64,000 nucleotides of DNA from contig OZ024743.1 of NCBI GenBank assembly GCA_964016885.1, positions 273,854,001-273,918,000 on the forward strand, written 5' to 3'. The position numbers and the translations under genes are program-made. The notes below the pieces were generated by a model. That model worked only from the letters and a program-made list of their open reading frames with translations. It searched no databases and was not told the DNA's origin. This document shows positions 42,836 to 56,718 of the stretch, piece after piece (position 1 is the stretch's first letter; each line of letters opens with the position of its first letter). The DNA is from Eledone cirrhosa. Lineage: Eukaryota.

Positions 42836-43677
42836 TATATACATATGCATACAGGTACACATACATATATGCACGTATCAGTTTAGCGGCGCTTATTATA
42901 ACGTCGCTTTGTTCGTTTGTAAACAAACTGAACAGCCTGAATTTATGCCATACGGTGTTAAGGCAACCACGTCACCTTTTTGTTCAACACTGACACAAAA
43001 AGATGACGTGGTTGCCTTAACACCGTATGGCATAAATTCAGGCTGTTCAGTTTGTTTACAAACGAACAAAGCGACGTTATAATAAGCGCCGCTAAACTGA
43101 TACGTGCATATATGTATGTGTACCTGTATGCATATGTATATATATATGTATATATATATATATATGTGCATGCTACTGTACGTCTGTATACATATATGTA
43201 TGTACGTATACATGCATACTTACATTTAAGTAAGTGCCATACTAAGAGTGAGAAATGAAATTTCGTTTTCATTTTGTTTCAATTTATCGTTTTCGGTATG
43301 CCTGACCGATTTAACTCACTCAATATGCAAATTAGGCTGCTCAGCCGTTAATTTTCATAAGGAAAGTATATACTTTCGAACGTTCAACTATCTGGCAGAT
43401 GGGTAAACGGTGCTGATGATAGCTAACAAGCTTGAAACTAGTACATCGTTCCTGTGTCAGTGTTGAACAAAAAGGTGACGTGGTTGCCTTAACACCGTAT
43501 GGCATAAATTCAGGCTGTTCAGTTTGTTTACAAACGAACAAAGCGACGTTATAATAAGCGCCGCTAACCTGATACGTGCATATATGTATGCGTACCTGTA
43601 TGCATATGTATATATATGTGCATGCTACTGTACGTCTGTATACATATATGTATGTACGTATACATGCATACTTACAT
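42681..43677 (+). mobile_element. Retrozyme-like HHR repeat: ~315-bp inverted arm + ~1.4 direct ~470-bp units
   Basis: Palindrome centred at ~43000, then head-to-tail continuation. HHR at 43406-43450. No RT/EN homology. Confidence 0.8.
43406..43450 (+). ncRNA. Minimal type I hammerhead (identical copies 47309-47353 and 47779-47823)
   Basis: aacggtg-CTGATGA-t-agct aaca agct-t-GAAA-ctag-TA-catcgtt, with a 7-bp stem I and palindromic stem III. Confidence 0.82.
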
Positions 43678-44091
43678 ATATATATATATATATATATACA
43701 CAACACCACCACGAGCTCTCTCTCTCACTCTTCCATTTTCCTTCTCTGTCTCTTCTCCCTCTCTCTTTATATCTACTCTCTCACACCCATAATCTCCTTC
43801 TCTCTATCCTTCCACTCTCTATTTATGAAGGTACTTAGAAGAACGCCACATCTCAGGAACACGTTCCCCGATTTACGCAAAACATCTTTTATTCCATTTA
43901 TAGACCATTTCAGAGGCAACTACCTTTCAAAGTATTTTCCTATTATGCGCCCTTTTGTCTACATTACATTACAGACAAGTAAGTAAGCAAGCAAGCAACC
44001 ACAGAGTTTTAGTAGTAGTACATACACATATATATATATATATATACATGAACACATGCAACGCAGAAACAAACACAAACACTTATACATA

Positions 44092-44190
<99 letters not shown>

Positions 44191-44215
44191 ATATATTTAA
44201 ATATATATGTACGTA

Positions 44216-44298
<83 letters not shown>

Positions 44299-44340
44299 GT
44301 ATATATGTATATATATATATATATATATAGTAATAATAAT

Positions 44341-45341
44341 AAATTTGAAGACTAAAATCCAAAGAGGGCTCTATAAGTATAAATATATATCACATATATA
44401 AGAACCGTAGAGAAAACATTTATTAAAATAACAGATTAAAGTTTAAGCAAAGAATCGCTGCTTTCACCCTTAACGGGATTTTCTGAAACTAACAAAGTCA
44501 ATCTGTAAACGCAGAAGTAGATATTTCAAAAAAGGTTGCAACCAGAAGAAGACAGGAAGACGATAATGTGGTTCGTGGAAACGTTCCCTGGCAATGAACG
44601 GGAAAAAACGAATAAAATACGTCATTAATAGTAGCGGTGAAAAACAATTACGCGCAAAGACAGAACCACGTTTATGGTATAAAAGAGATCGTAGACTAAT
44701 GTTCTCTTAGGTGGTTCATAGAGACGTTCTCTGGCAATGAACGAAAAAGACGTCATATGTGGAGCGTGGAGAACAATTGCACGCAAAGACAAAACCACGT
44801 AAATGGTTTTGTAGACTAAAATTCTAACTAGAGACCGAATGAATCTCCGCTTCAGAGTAAAGAACAAAGTAAATAAATACAATACAGAGGTAATAGAGAT
44901 TAAATAAATGCATACACGCATACAAATACGTACATACACAAGCATACGCGAAAACACTTACCATAGGTATACAAAACCACGCGCATATAAATATGTGTGT
45001 GTGTGTATGCGTGTATACAAATAAATAAATAATTGAGTAAACTATATAAATAAATAAATACGTATATAACAAATGCACACACATACCTACATGTAAATAC
45101 ACAAAAGTTCGGAGACGTAAGTCAACCAAAACATGAAGTACACATATACACACACGCTACATACGTACTAACCTGCATACTCACACAGACGCGAAACTCC
45201 CGTATACACATAACCAAACCATATGTACCAGAAGATATAAAATTATACGCCATAACATATACAATCAAATAGTCTCAGAAGATCCCGTTAAGGGTGAAAG
45301 CAGCGATTATTTGCTTAAACTTTAATCTGTTATTTTAATAA
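44341..45341 (+). mobile_element. Non-coding PLE-type remnant with inverted arms (44419-44492 / 45270-45341) and an ~80-bp tail; terminus also at 23337-23440
   Basis: Mirror arms in (TA)n and a degenerate core CAGAAGA-tccc/gggt-GAAA. Confidence 0.6.
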
Positions 45342-45422
45342 ATATATATATACATATATACGTACATATATATATATATATACATATATACATATATGCG
45401 TACATATATATTTATATATACG

Positions 45423-45497
<75 letters not shown>

Positions 45498-45946
45498 AAG
45501 TGTGTGTGTTTGTTTCTGCGTTGCACGTGTTCATGTATATATATGTATGTACTACTAAAACTCTGTGGTTGCTTGCTGGTCTGTAATGTAATGCAGACAA
45601 AAGGGCGCATAGTGGGAAAATACTTTGAAAGGAAGTTGCCCCTGAAATGGGACTATAAATGGAATAAAAGAAGATTTGCGTAAATGGGTGAACGGGTTCC
45701 TGATGTATATATGTATATATGTATATATGTGGGCCCAGCACTATGTGTCAGTAATTGTCACAAGTGTAGTGTTTGTACCAGAGTTTTCAAGTCGCTGGCT
45801 GGACTAAAAAGTCACACTCGTTCAGCGCACACGGTAGGGGTTCTCCTGCATGGATATAAAGTAGTGGGCGTACTCGAAAACGATTTGGCAGCCACCATGT
45901 ATATATATATATATATATATATATACAAATATATATATTTATATAT

Positions 45947-46022
<76 letters not shown>

Positions 46023-46025
<3 letters not shown>

Positions 46026-46170
46026 CGAGTAGGACCCCGACGGCTGAGCTCAAGCCGCTTCGACGGCTAATTCGGGTCCTATTCGTTGCTATTACCCACT
46101 CTACTACCCAATGTATTGAGTAATTTCGTGCGTTATGGTCCACCTGGTTCCTTACCACATTTCCTTCGTT
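46023..46170. mobile_element. ~150-bp termini-only derivative of the 27511-31128 PLE family
   Basis: Left 50 bp matches 27513-27562 and right ~95 bp matches 31031-31128, in (TA)n. Confidence 0.85.
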
Positions 46171-46748
46171 ATATATATATATACTAGCGGAATATTGAGA
46201 GTAAGTTAAACCATTTTTCACTTTTTATTGTGTTTTTGTTTTAATATGCACTCTTTTTCCTGCTATTAATTTTGTCTCTCACTCTTTTAAGTTGTGAATT
46301 AGACTGGTTATCTACGCACGTGGCTGACACATTTCAGCTCGCTACTATAATGTTATATAATGGATGATCGCATTTAAAATCCGTTAAAGGTTCTTGGCAC
46401 TACCATTGTTACCATCGCTTTCCTCTAGCCATGGGGCTTGGAGACATGAACCGAATGCTACCATTCTATTTTATATCAATGTGAACTGCTATTTCTAATA
46501 GCCGTCTTTTCACCCATTGTTAATCTGTGTGTGAGACACGTTGGCTGAGTGCTTCTGACAGGAACTAAAAGATTGATTCTTTTTAGCTTCCCGTCCCCAC
46601 GTAAAATTTGTAAATCATTGGCTAGTTGAGAGATAGAGTCCTATCGGGTGCCAGTTGCTAATCGCTTTACCGTGTCGGTTGTCACAAACAGTCATGACCG
46701 GCATGGGCTGGTGTATGGATCTATCGATGGATTGGTTATTGATTAGGC

Positions 46749-46865
46749 GATACCTGATGATGAAGCCGCATAAGCCCATTGTGCATTGTTGCATAATATA
46801 TGCAGACAGATGGTGCAGTGCAGCTTACTACTGCATTAGTGCGGCAGAGACTCGAGTCCGGGACC
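46749..46865 (+). ncRNA. Degenerate hammerhead with enlarged stem II (GAAA>GAGA)
   Basis: CTGATGA-..gccgca...tgcggc.-GAGA-ctcgag-TC. Stem I is poor. Confidence 0.45.
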
Positions 46866-47080
46866 TTATAGGCACCCGTTTTACGTGTGTTGTGTTGAGG
46901 CAAATAACTATGTGTATACTCTGGTAATGTATCTTACATTGGCCATGGAGTTCGCTGAGATACAACCGGTACTGGCATTGATAAATATGCTGGGTCCGTC
47001 AACCCTTATTATTATTATATATATATATATATAATAATAATAAGGGTTGACGGATAAATTGAATAAATAATAAGGGTTGA

Positions 47081-47981
47081 CGATAAATTGAAACAAAATG
47101 AAAACGAAATTTCATTTCTCACTCTTAGTATGGCACTTACTTAAATGTAAGTATGCATGTATACGTACATACATATATGTTTCAATTTATCGTTTTCGGT
47201 ATGCCTGACCGATTTAACTCACTCAATATGCAAATTAGGCTGCTCAGCCGTTAATTTTCATAAGGAAAGTATATACTGTCGAACGTTCAACTATCTGGCA
47301 GATGGGTAAACGGTGCTGATGATAGCTAACAAGCTTGAAACTAGTACATCGTTCCTGTGTCAGTGTTGAACAAAAAGGTGACGTGGTTGCCTTAACACCG
47401 TATGGCATAAATTCAGGCTGTTCAGTTTGTTTACAAACGAACAAAGCGACGTTATAATAAGCGCCGCTAAACTGATACGTGCATATATGTATGTGTGCCT
47501 GTATGCATATGTATATGTATATATATATATATATATATGTGCATGTTACTGTACGTCTGTATACATATATGTATGTACGTATACATGCATACTTACATTT
47601 AAGTAAGTGCCATACTAAGAGTGAGAAATGAAATTTCGTTTTCATTTTGTTTCAATTTATCGTTTTCGGTATGCCTGACCGATTTAACTCACTCAATATG
47701 CAAATTAGGCTGCTCAGCCGTTAATTTTCATAAGGAAAGTATATACTTTCGAACGTTCAACTATCTGGCAGATGGGTAAACGGTGCTGATGATAGCTAAC
47801 AAGCTTGAAACTAGTACATCGTTCCTGTGTCAGTGTTGAACAAAAAGGTGACGTGGTTGCCTTAACACCGTATGGCATAAATTCAGGCTGTTCAGTTTGT
47901 TTACAAAAGAACAAAGCGACGTTATAATAAGCGCCGCTAAACTGATACGTGCATATATGTATGTGTACCTGTATGCATATG

Positions 47982-48015
<34 letters not shown>

Positions 48016-48072
48016 CATGCTACTGCACGTCTGTATACATATATGTATGTACGTATACATGCATACTTACAT
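47081..48072 (+). mobile_element. Retrozyme-like HHR repeat: ~100-bp inverted arm + ~1.9 direct units (period 470 bp)
   Basis: HHRs at 47309 and 47779. End-points nearly the same as 42681-43677. Confidence 0.82.
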
Positions 48073-48118
48073 TTATATATATATATACATATATACGTAC
48101 ATATATATTTATATATAC

Positions 48119-48264
<146 letters not shown>

Positions 48265-48265
48265 G

Positions 48266-48339
<74 letters not shown>

Positions 48340-48344
<5 letters not shown>

Positions 48345-49158
48345 AGAAGCAAAAAATTGCTTATTGTGATCCAGTTTTTGGTTAAGAAAGCCAGTTTCAA
48401 CGTACGGTTAGGGGTAACTCCACAAGTTTGTAAGAATTCCGTTCAATCTTGGACTATAAAGTATAAAAGAGAAAACACAGGTAAGCTGACCATGACACAC
48501 ACTGTAACTGCCACCTACATGAAACATGTCCATTACATAATGAATGTATGCAGTCTAACCTGGTTTACCAATGCACAGTGGAATCAGACAACCAGAAATG
48601 GTATTACATCGGAGCGACTGGGAATACATTTAAAGCCCGTTGGCATACACACCGTTACGCAATGAAACATTCCCAGCACCGTTATGTAACTACCCTTGCA
48701 AACAAGACCTGGCAACTGAGGGAAAGTAACCATCAATACACCCTGAAGTGGAAACAATTATCGAACGCGCACCATATCGGAGTGGTATGAGAAGCTGTCG
48801 ATTATGCGACCTTGAGCTGTTCCACATCTTAAGTTCGAAGAATAAGTTACTCAACAATAAAATCGAGAGATCAATTTATTGTAACCATAGATTCAAAGAG
48901 AAGTTTTCGCACTACAAATCGAACCCTTAACCTCTTACTACCAACTGACAAACTGCATATACTTAGACTTTATACCCTCTTGTTGTATCTAAACCCTTTA
49001 ATTACCCACAAAACCAATACATATATCCCCCTCTTCTCCCTCATTCCTCTTCTATTTCTTCGTTTTCTTCCTTCCCTCCCTCCCCTTCTGGGCTATCTTT
49101 TCTTTACTTCTTTCTCACCCCCTTCTTTGCTTTTATTTTTGTCATTATTATCTTTATC

Positions 49159-49200
<42 letters not shown>

Positions 49201-49651
49201 CTCTTTATATCCCCCCCTTTCTCTCCCTCTCTATCCATCCCTCCCACTATGATCAATTTAATTCTCTTTAACTCACTACATTCCACGACATGAAGTCTAC
49301 TATCAAAACTGACCAAGGAATCCTTCCACCTCTACCCTTCCCTCCATCTCAGTTTGTCATTCTACTTCCTACCTCTTCCCCCTTCCTCTCTCTCTATACT
49401 ATTCCGTCTGTCCCCACACCTCCTGATTCATCTCTCTCTATACTAGTAAATACAATTCCAAATAAATGTTTTTCTCTATATATTAAGAATTATATCAAGA
49501 GTAACTTACTATTTTGAAAATTTGGACTGTGAACAACAATTATAATTGAGTGGCTGCTATTTGCAGTATAGCAATATAAGGATGCACTTACCAATGAAAC
49601 GGTCGTAAATACCTGGATAAAATCCTTCTCTTAATGCTTACCTGTGTTTTC

Positions 49652-49657
<6 letters not shown>
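48340..49657 (+). mobile_element. Hydra-like PLE 3' remnant (frameshifted GIY-YIG 48500-48930) with inverted terminus+tail at its 5' side
   Basis: CNC...CP...C, WYYIGATGNTFKARW, CRLCDLELFHIL. 48463-48487 mirrors 49636-49660. Decayed HHR at ~49508-49612. Confidence 0.85.
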
Positions 49658-49689
<32 letters not shown>

Positions 49690-49708
<19 letters not shown>

Positions 49709-49741
49709 CATACATATATATGTACATATATATTTATATAT

Positions 49742-49803
<62 letters not shown>

Positions 49804-50171
49804 TTGTTTGTGTATTTCATGTGTATAAATATATATATATATGTACTACTACTAAAACTCTGTGGTTGCTTGCTTGCTTGCTTTTCTGTAATGTAATGCA
49901 AACAAAAGGGCGCATAATGGTATAATATTTTGAAAGTATTTTGCCCCTGAAATGGGACTATAAATGGAATGAAAGAAGTTTTGCGTAAATCGGGGACCGG
50001 GTACTTGAGATATGGCGTTTTTCTAAGTACCTTCATAAATAGAGAGAGAGAAGGATAGAGAGAAGGAGATTGTGGGTGTGAGAGAGTAGATATAAAGAGA
50101 GATATAGAGAGAGGGAGAAGAGACAGAGAAGGACAATGGAAGAGTGAGAGAGAGAGAGCTTGTGTTGGTGT

Positions 50172-50209
<38 letters not shown>

Positions 50210-50280
50210 AGTGTGTGTGTGTATATTTATAAGTGTTTGTGTCTATGACCAGTGTACATAGATCACAGGCACCCATATAT
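49690..50280 (-). repeat. Inverted paralogue of 42590-42680 + 43680-44200; a third partial copy lies at 45420-45705
   Basis: Shared unique blocks such as CACTGGTCATAGA.ACAAACACTTATAAA, GAAGGTACTTAGAA and CAACCACAGAGTTTTAGTAGTA. Confidence 0.8.
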
Positions 50281-50728
50281 ATATATATATTTATATTTAT
50301 ATATATGTGTGTGTGTATGTAAAAGGTAAACAGAAATAACAACACAATCGGTATAATATATGGAAGGGATATATTAGATTAACGCTTGATATAGCAGGAA
50401 GAGGGTCTTAAAGTTTTGGACGTTATTCCTTCATCAGAAGAAAGAATGAGAAATAAGATAGATTGAGGCGACGAGCGCGTTGGAATTGTAAAAAATGTCT
50501 TTAGATAAAAATAACAGGTCCATTCATGTTGATATCCCCTGCAACGTATCTTTATATATATATGTATATGTATATACACACGCATTTATATATATACATA
50601 CACATACGTATATATATATAGGCCTTCCAGTTTCATTTCACATTATATACATGTTTGTGTATATTTTAATTATTTAAAAATATTTTTAAGTGAACATGGT
50701 ATTAAAAAAATATTTTGAAGTGGTCTAG

Positions 50729-50752
<24 letters not shown>

Positions 50753-50759
<7 letters not shown>

Positions 50760-51020
50760 TTAGAAATTATAAGCTTTCACCGTATTTTAGACTAAAGAAA
50801 TTTCTAGCCTGATAGTGGAGAAATGGAAAAAGATGAGTGTTGCCATGTACGGCAACACTCATCTTTTTCCATTTCTCCGAGGGTTATAAACCCCACTATC
50901 AGGCTATACATTTCATTAGTCTAAAATACGGTGAAAGCTTATAATTTCTAATTTCTAAATTCAAACTCGCACACCGTTTCAAAAACATACTTACATGTTT
51001 ACATTTATAATTTGCTTGAA
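50753..51020. repeat. Nested palindrome (50753-50958) with a ~60-bp tail in (TA)n, PLE-type architecture
   Basis: TTAGAAATTAGAAATTATAAGCTTTCACCG / CGGTGAAAGCTTATAATTTCTAATTTCTAA arms, with an inner ~29-bp hairpin. Confidence 0.75.
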
Positions 51021-51111
51021 TATATATATATAGAGAGAGAGAGATATACATATAAATACATTGATACACGCACGCATACTCACACACACACACACACTCG
51101 CGCACACACGC

Positions 51112-51160
<49 letters not shown>

Positions 51161-52439
51161 AATATATATATACAGAGAGAGATAATGGGTGATTTACGCA
51201 TTTGGAAATGCCACAGTTTTTAAACCATATATATGAGATCACAGACGGATATTTGTATATCTATATATAGAGAGAGTGAGGGGAGATTAAAAGAGAGGGA
51301 TAGAGACAAAACCAACAGAAAATTACATTTACATAGTCGACTTGGTAAACCCAACTTTTATGCCTCTGTCCATGTTTGTGTTAATTTTATTTTAATATAA
51401 ACCACGTGTGAACGAAATTTGAAATATAACTGAATGGAAAGTGCACTTGAACTAATTCCGCCATATTTAACTTCCAAGAATATAACCTTGTGAACCAATG
51501 TTAATTCATGATGTAATACATTTAGTCACGTGTTTTCCGTGCTGGATTCTTAAATTTCTAACTAATAATTCTTCTTTTTTTATTGTCTATTTCTAAAATA
51601 AATCCTCTAGTATGAAGCATAAACATCGCATTAACTTTATGTTACATTCAATTATATTTTGTTTTCTGTTAACACATTATTCTTCATAAAGAGAATATGT
51701 GGGTATATATTTATTATACTATATATATTATTGTATTCGTTAGTTCAAGTGTTAACTATATTCTTTCTAGAGAGATTACATATTTTAACCCGTTCCTAAT
51801 TTGTATTTCCGAATAGGATAAAGAATTAGGATACTGTCCTGGTCGTTCGTGTTGTTCGGGTTACATTATCTTTTTCTACTCTAACCAACAGCACATACCA
51901 TTAATCGGTTGCAGATATCGATTATCTAACCATGTCCTTCTTACAGAGAGTGATTCTATTTTTAGATTAAATTGTAACCATATTGGAAATATCAGCATTG
52001 CAATAGCTATTATTAGATATGTAGTAGTGTTTGTACCGTCGACTAATTTCGGCTGCTAAGAAGCTTTCTCTAGATGATTCTAAAGTCAGAACTATTTTAA
52101 GCAACTATAGTGAGGTATATTCGGAATAACTGAAGATTCGGAATAACTGAAAATTCTAGTGTGCTCATATGTTTGTTCATCTATTCAATTACTTTATACT
52201 TATCCTTGTTTAAAATACAAGTGAGATGTTTTGTGGCATCCTACTGATGATATACAGAATGATTTTGTTTCGATTTATTTTTGTTGTTATTTATTTATGT
52301 TTTGTCATTTTGTGTGTCCTTCTTTCTGCCCCTAAACTGGTTTGGTTTCCATAATGATGTGTTTCTCTTATTATTGTGCTACAGAGAACATTTATTATAC
52401 TCGTATATTTCTACATTAGAAACTAAATCATTGATGTGG

Positions 52440-53715
52440 TTTTCTAAAGAATAATTCTAACATGGCCACAAAATAGATAATATTTTATTTTATCAAGGCG
52501 GAAGAATGACAGGCAAATGTTGACCTCCAGGATATTTGAATTCAGAATGTATACAGCCGTTACAAATAATGCAAAGCTCAAGTCCAACGATGCTGCCAAC
52601 CAACATCGATAGTAATGGTTTCTTATATAGGCAGAAGGCCAGCAATTTTGGAGGAGGGGAAGTCAATTAAATCAATCCCAGTGCATTACTGGTACTTTAT
52701 TTTATCGAACCCGTAGGGATGAAAGGCAAAGTTAACCTCGATGGGATTTGAAGTCAAATCATAAAGGAACGTAACTCTATGCTGCAACGCATAGTGTTCC
52801 ACCCTCTACCGATACTGCCAATCCACCGCCCTAAATAATAATAATGGTTTCTTAATAGGCACAAGGCCAGCAATTTTTTTTTGGGGGGAAAGTCGATTAA
52901 ATCGACCCCTGTGCGTGACTGTGGTCGATTTTTCATCGACCCCGTAAGGATGAAAGACAAAGTTGACCTCGACGGGATTTGAACTCAGATCATAAAGGGC
53001 CGTAACTCTAGGCTGCAAAACATGGCGTACCGATACTGCCAATCTACCGCCCTAAATAATAATAATAATAAATGTTTCTACTTTAAGCACAAGGCCAGCA
53101 ATTTGGGAGAAGGTAAAGGTCGATTAAATCGACTCCAGTGCATTAATGGTGCTTTATTTTATCGACCCCGTAAGGATACAAAGCAAAGCTAACCTCGGTG
53201 GGAGTCGAACTCAGACTGTAAAGGGCCGTAAGACTAGGCGGCCAAGCATGGTGCCAGACGCTCTACTGATACTGTCAATCCACCGCCCTCAATAATAATA
53301 ATAATAATAATATCAACAAGGCTAGCAATGTCTAGTGAATGGGAAAGTCGATTAAATCGACCTTAGTGCATTACTGGTGCTTTATTTATCGACCCCTTAA
53401 GGATGAAAGGCAAACCTAGTCTCAAGGGGGAGGGTAAGAACGTAAAGTGCCGTAACTCTATGGAAACACAGCATGTTGCTGGACGCTCTACTAATTCTGC
53501 CAACCCACCGCCCTAATGATAATAACAATAAATTATTTCGTCTTTTGGCACAAGGCCAGAATTACCCCCAATGCATTATTGTTGCATTATTGTATCGACC
53601 CCGTAAGGATGAAAGGCAAAGTTAACCTCAGTGGGATTTGAATTAGGGTTGTAAAGGGCCGTAACTCTATGGTGCAAAGCATGGCGTTCGATCCCCTACC
53701 GATACTGCCAATCCA
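52440..53715 (-). mobile_element. Head-to-tail array of 5-6 family-1 SINEs separated by (TAA)n
   Basis: Units ~52617-52831, 52847-53052, 53074-53288, 53315-53513 and 53535-53714, plus an older unit 52440-52605. Each is the reverse complement of 60148-60335. Confidence 0.88.
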
Positions 53716-54325
53716 AATAATAGTATCAACAATAACACGTTCATGGAGAAGCTGTTTCAGCCCTACCATTTTACACGCGATACTCAGAATAAGGGAAGGG
53801 ATTGGTATATATATATTTGATATTATCAAGATTTTTCTATTTGGAAAATCAAATATATTATCCAGTGTTCCAACTGTGAACATCCTATGTTTTAAGCAGT
53901 ATATAAAATTGCATTATCAAAATGTTTATTTTCATTTCTCAACATAGGTATTATATCGTATTATATTTTTTATTGTTCTCAGGAGTTCTAAGCAAAGTTG
54001 ACCTCAGCAGATAAATATGAAGAAATAAGTTAGTGTTATTGTATGTGGTAAATGCTTTGCTCAGTTACAGCGATTAACAGAAGCCAATGGGGCATCTCTA
54101 CCTACTCACACTATCTGTTCAAAATCACAAGGAAATCTCTTTAAAAATCGCACTCACCGATCTTGAATAATAGAATCTACATTGGGAAGAGTAGATCTAC
54201 ATATCTATAGAGATAAGGAATGGTCCTGACTGAAGCATCTATGGTAAAAAATCTGTTCAACATCAGCTGTTTGGAACTAAGCATCACCAATAATTTAATC
54301 ATTTATATTTGGAATTCAGTTACTA

Positions 54326-55440
54326 TCAGGTTCTTCAGAAATTAATACAGGTTTTGAAATATTAGATTCAAAACGTTATTGATAGAAATAAAACCATTAT
54401 AATCTACTCATGTCTGCCAACAGGATACATATTTCAGTGAAATAGTACTCAGAAGTTCTGGAGGCGTTGAATTCTTTGAGGGCATCTGTTTGTCGAACAG
54501 TTTAACTTAAATTTCGAAATGCTTCAAAAGATAGTAGTCGTTTGGTTAGAAATCTGGTGCGTATTCTGGATGTAGCAGAGTTACAAGATTCCAATTCGTT
54601 TGACCTCTGGAGGGTTAGTTGTGTAATATGAGTCAGACGTTTTACAAGAAGACTGGACTTTTGCTACTGAATAATTCTGGACGCATACGCTGCAATCGGT
54701 TTTGTATTTCATCGATTCCGTTTCACTATGTCACTCCTGTGATTGTTTCACCAGGATTCATAAAGCTGTTGTACATTAATCTGACTGCAGAACACGAGAC
54801 TGTAACCAAAAACTTCGGCTTTGAGAAGCATTCAGTTGCGTCATCTTGTTTAAGCCACTGTGCTGAACGTCATCGATTATTGTATTGGATTCATTCCTCA
54901 TCTAACATCACCATCCCATCAAGAAATGGGCCTTATTGTGTTACGCAAAAGCAAAGAGCAGTCTTTACAACGGCAATTTTCTTGTCATTCAATTCGTACG
55001 TCACCTATTTTTCTAGGTTCTTCATCATTTCCCCTTGGTTAAAATATACAGACATTATTCCAATGCTTACATGTAGTTCTCTTGCAAGCTCTTAAACAGG
55101 CCTGTTGAGATTTGCTTCCATCAATGCCTTCAATTAATCGTCGTCAATGGCAGAAGGACATCCGCAAACTTCCTTAAATTCAACAGTAAATTCCCCTCTA
55201 CGGACTATTTGAAACTAATGTTGCAAACTTCAATAATGTTTCTAGTCGTTTGTGCTGCACTTCAGTCGAGAATTATCCGAAAATTGACAAAACGCAATAC
55301 ATATTTTAAATGAATTATATAGAGAGAAAGAGCATAAAGTGGGATGTAACAATTTTACACAACTTGTATGAGGTTTTATTCTTTAAAAATCGTGAAACAA
55401 ATAAAAAAATAAAAACAGTATTTATTCCGGAAGAAGCTAA
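54326..55440 (-). mobile_element. Old near-full-length mariner (Hsmar1/cecropia-like), pseudogenised
   Basis: Minus frames PSAIDDD.LKALMEAN, YNNR.RSAQWL, FMNPGETIT, HPEYAPDF.P.DYYL. Degenerate TIRs flanked by TA. Confidence 0.75.
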
Positions 55441-56537
55441 TAGAATGTGATATAATTGGAGACTTTTAAAATCTTAGTTTTAGATACCTCTATACAAACA
55501 TGTGTATACAGCCTTTGATATTATTTCAGATTGAGGAAGGTTGACCAGCGGCTAAACACAAGCAATAACAAATTCAACTGATATCGAATAGGAAAATAAT
55601 TATATACTTTTGTGAACTTTTACTGGTCAGGATAAAATCAATAATGGTAGAGATGTTTATAGAAAGATCACAGATAAATTTACAAATAGTCTAAATATGT
55701 AGTTATAAGAGATTATACTATACGTAATAATCTTCTTTTTCGATAATTGATTGTGAGAGAAATATGTTGCTAATATTTCTGTCTACCACAGGTAAATGTC
55801 TACCATAGGCAAATGGCAAACCCATCCGAGCTTCGGATGAAATAAGTTACGATATTTAGTCACATAATTTTACACACTAATTTCAAATTCAGCAGGGGTC
55901 AGCTTTGCTTCTTATTCTTCTAGGATGACTGAAATAAAGTACTAACCATGTAATGAAGATGATATAATTAATCATACTGGGATTTGGTGCTTTATGCATG
56001 TTAGGTATCCGTAAGGTATAGTAAAACCGCTCTGTAATTATACTAAGGTTGTCTATTTTGTAGAGTCATTGAAGCGTTGAAGAGGCATTCTGAATCTTTT
56101 GGTTCTCAGTTCAAATGCCCATGAGCTGTACCATGCATTTCATCCTTTCAAATTCAATAAAGAAATTAACAGCTTAGGGCTTGTGTACCCGGTTTCCTTC
56201 AGTCTGTCATAGCCTTGATGTTCCACTGAATTGAAAGAGAGAAAGAGAGTCACGAGGTGTCCGCTCACGACTGCATGGGAACCTAATCCATCAAACATAT
56301 TACCAAGTTATAGTCGATTGCGAGTGACGACTATAGTGTATTTCATCATAATTACAGTATTTATATTTTTCAATGGCGTCGTCGGAAACATGTTACCACG
56401 AGCTAATTACTAGTTTACTACATTTCCAATAGCGAGGCGAACAGAGGAGCTGCAACTATAATATTGCAGAAAGAATTGGTTGGATGAACACCGCTGTTTC
56501 GTTTTTCCGGTCGGTGTTTATATACATATTGCCGTAA

Positions 56538-56637
<100 letters not shown>

Positions 56638-56684
56638 ACCCCCTCTCTCTCTCTCTCTCGCGCGCGCTTGTGTATCTATGTATG

Positions 56685-56718
<34 letters not shown>

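Noticed and set aside
43341-47914. Repeated antisense ORFs (..[22 protein letters not shown]..) in the 470-bp unit
   Set aside because: They recur only because the unit is repeated. The frame varies with the internal TA tract and no domain motif is present.
50400-50455. Hammerhead-like CTGATGA-agga..tcc-AAAA on the minus strand
   Set aside because: GAAA is mutated and stems I/III are poor. Probably a decayed PLE ribozyme, so not called.
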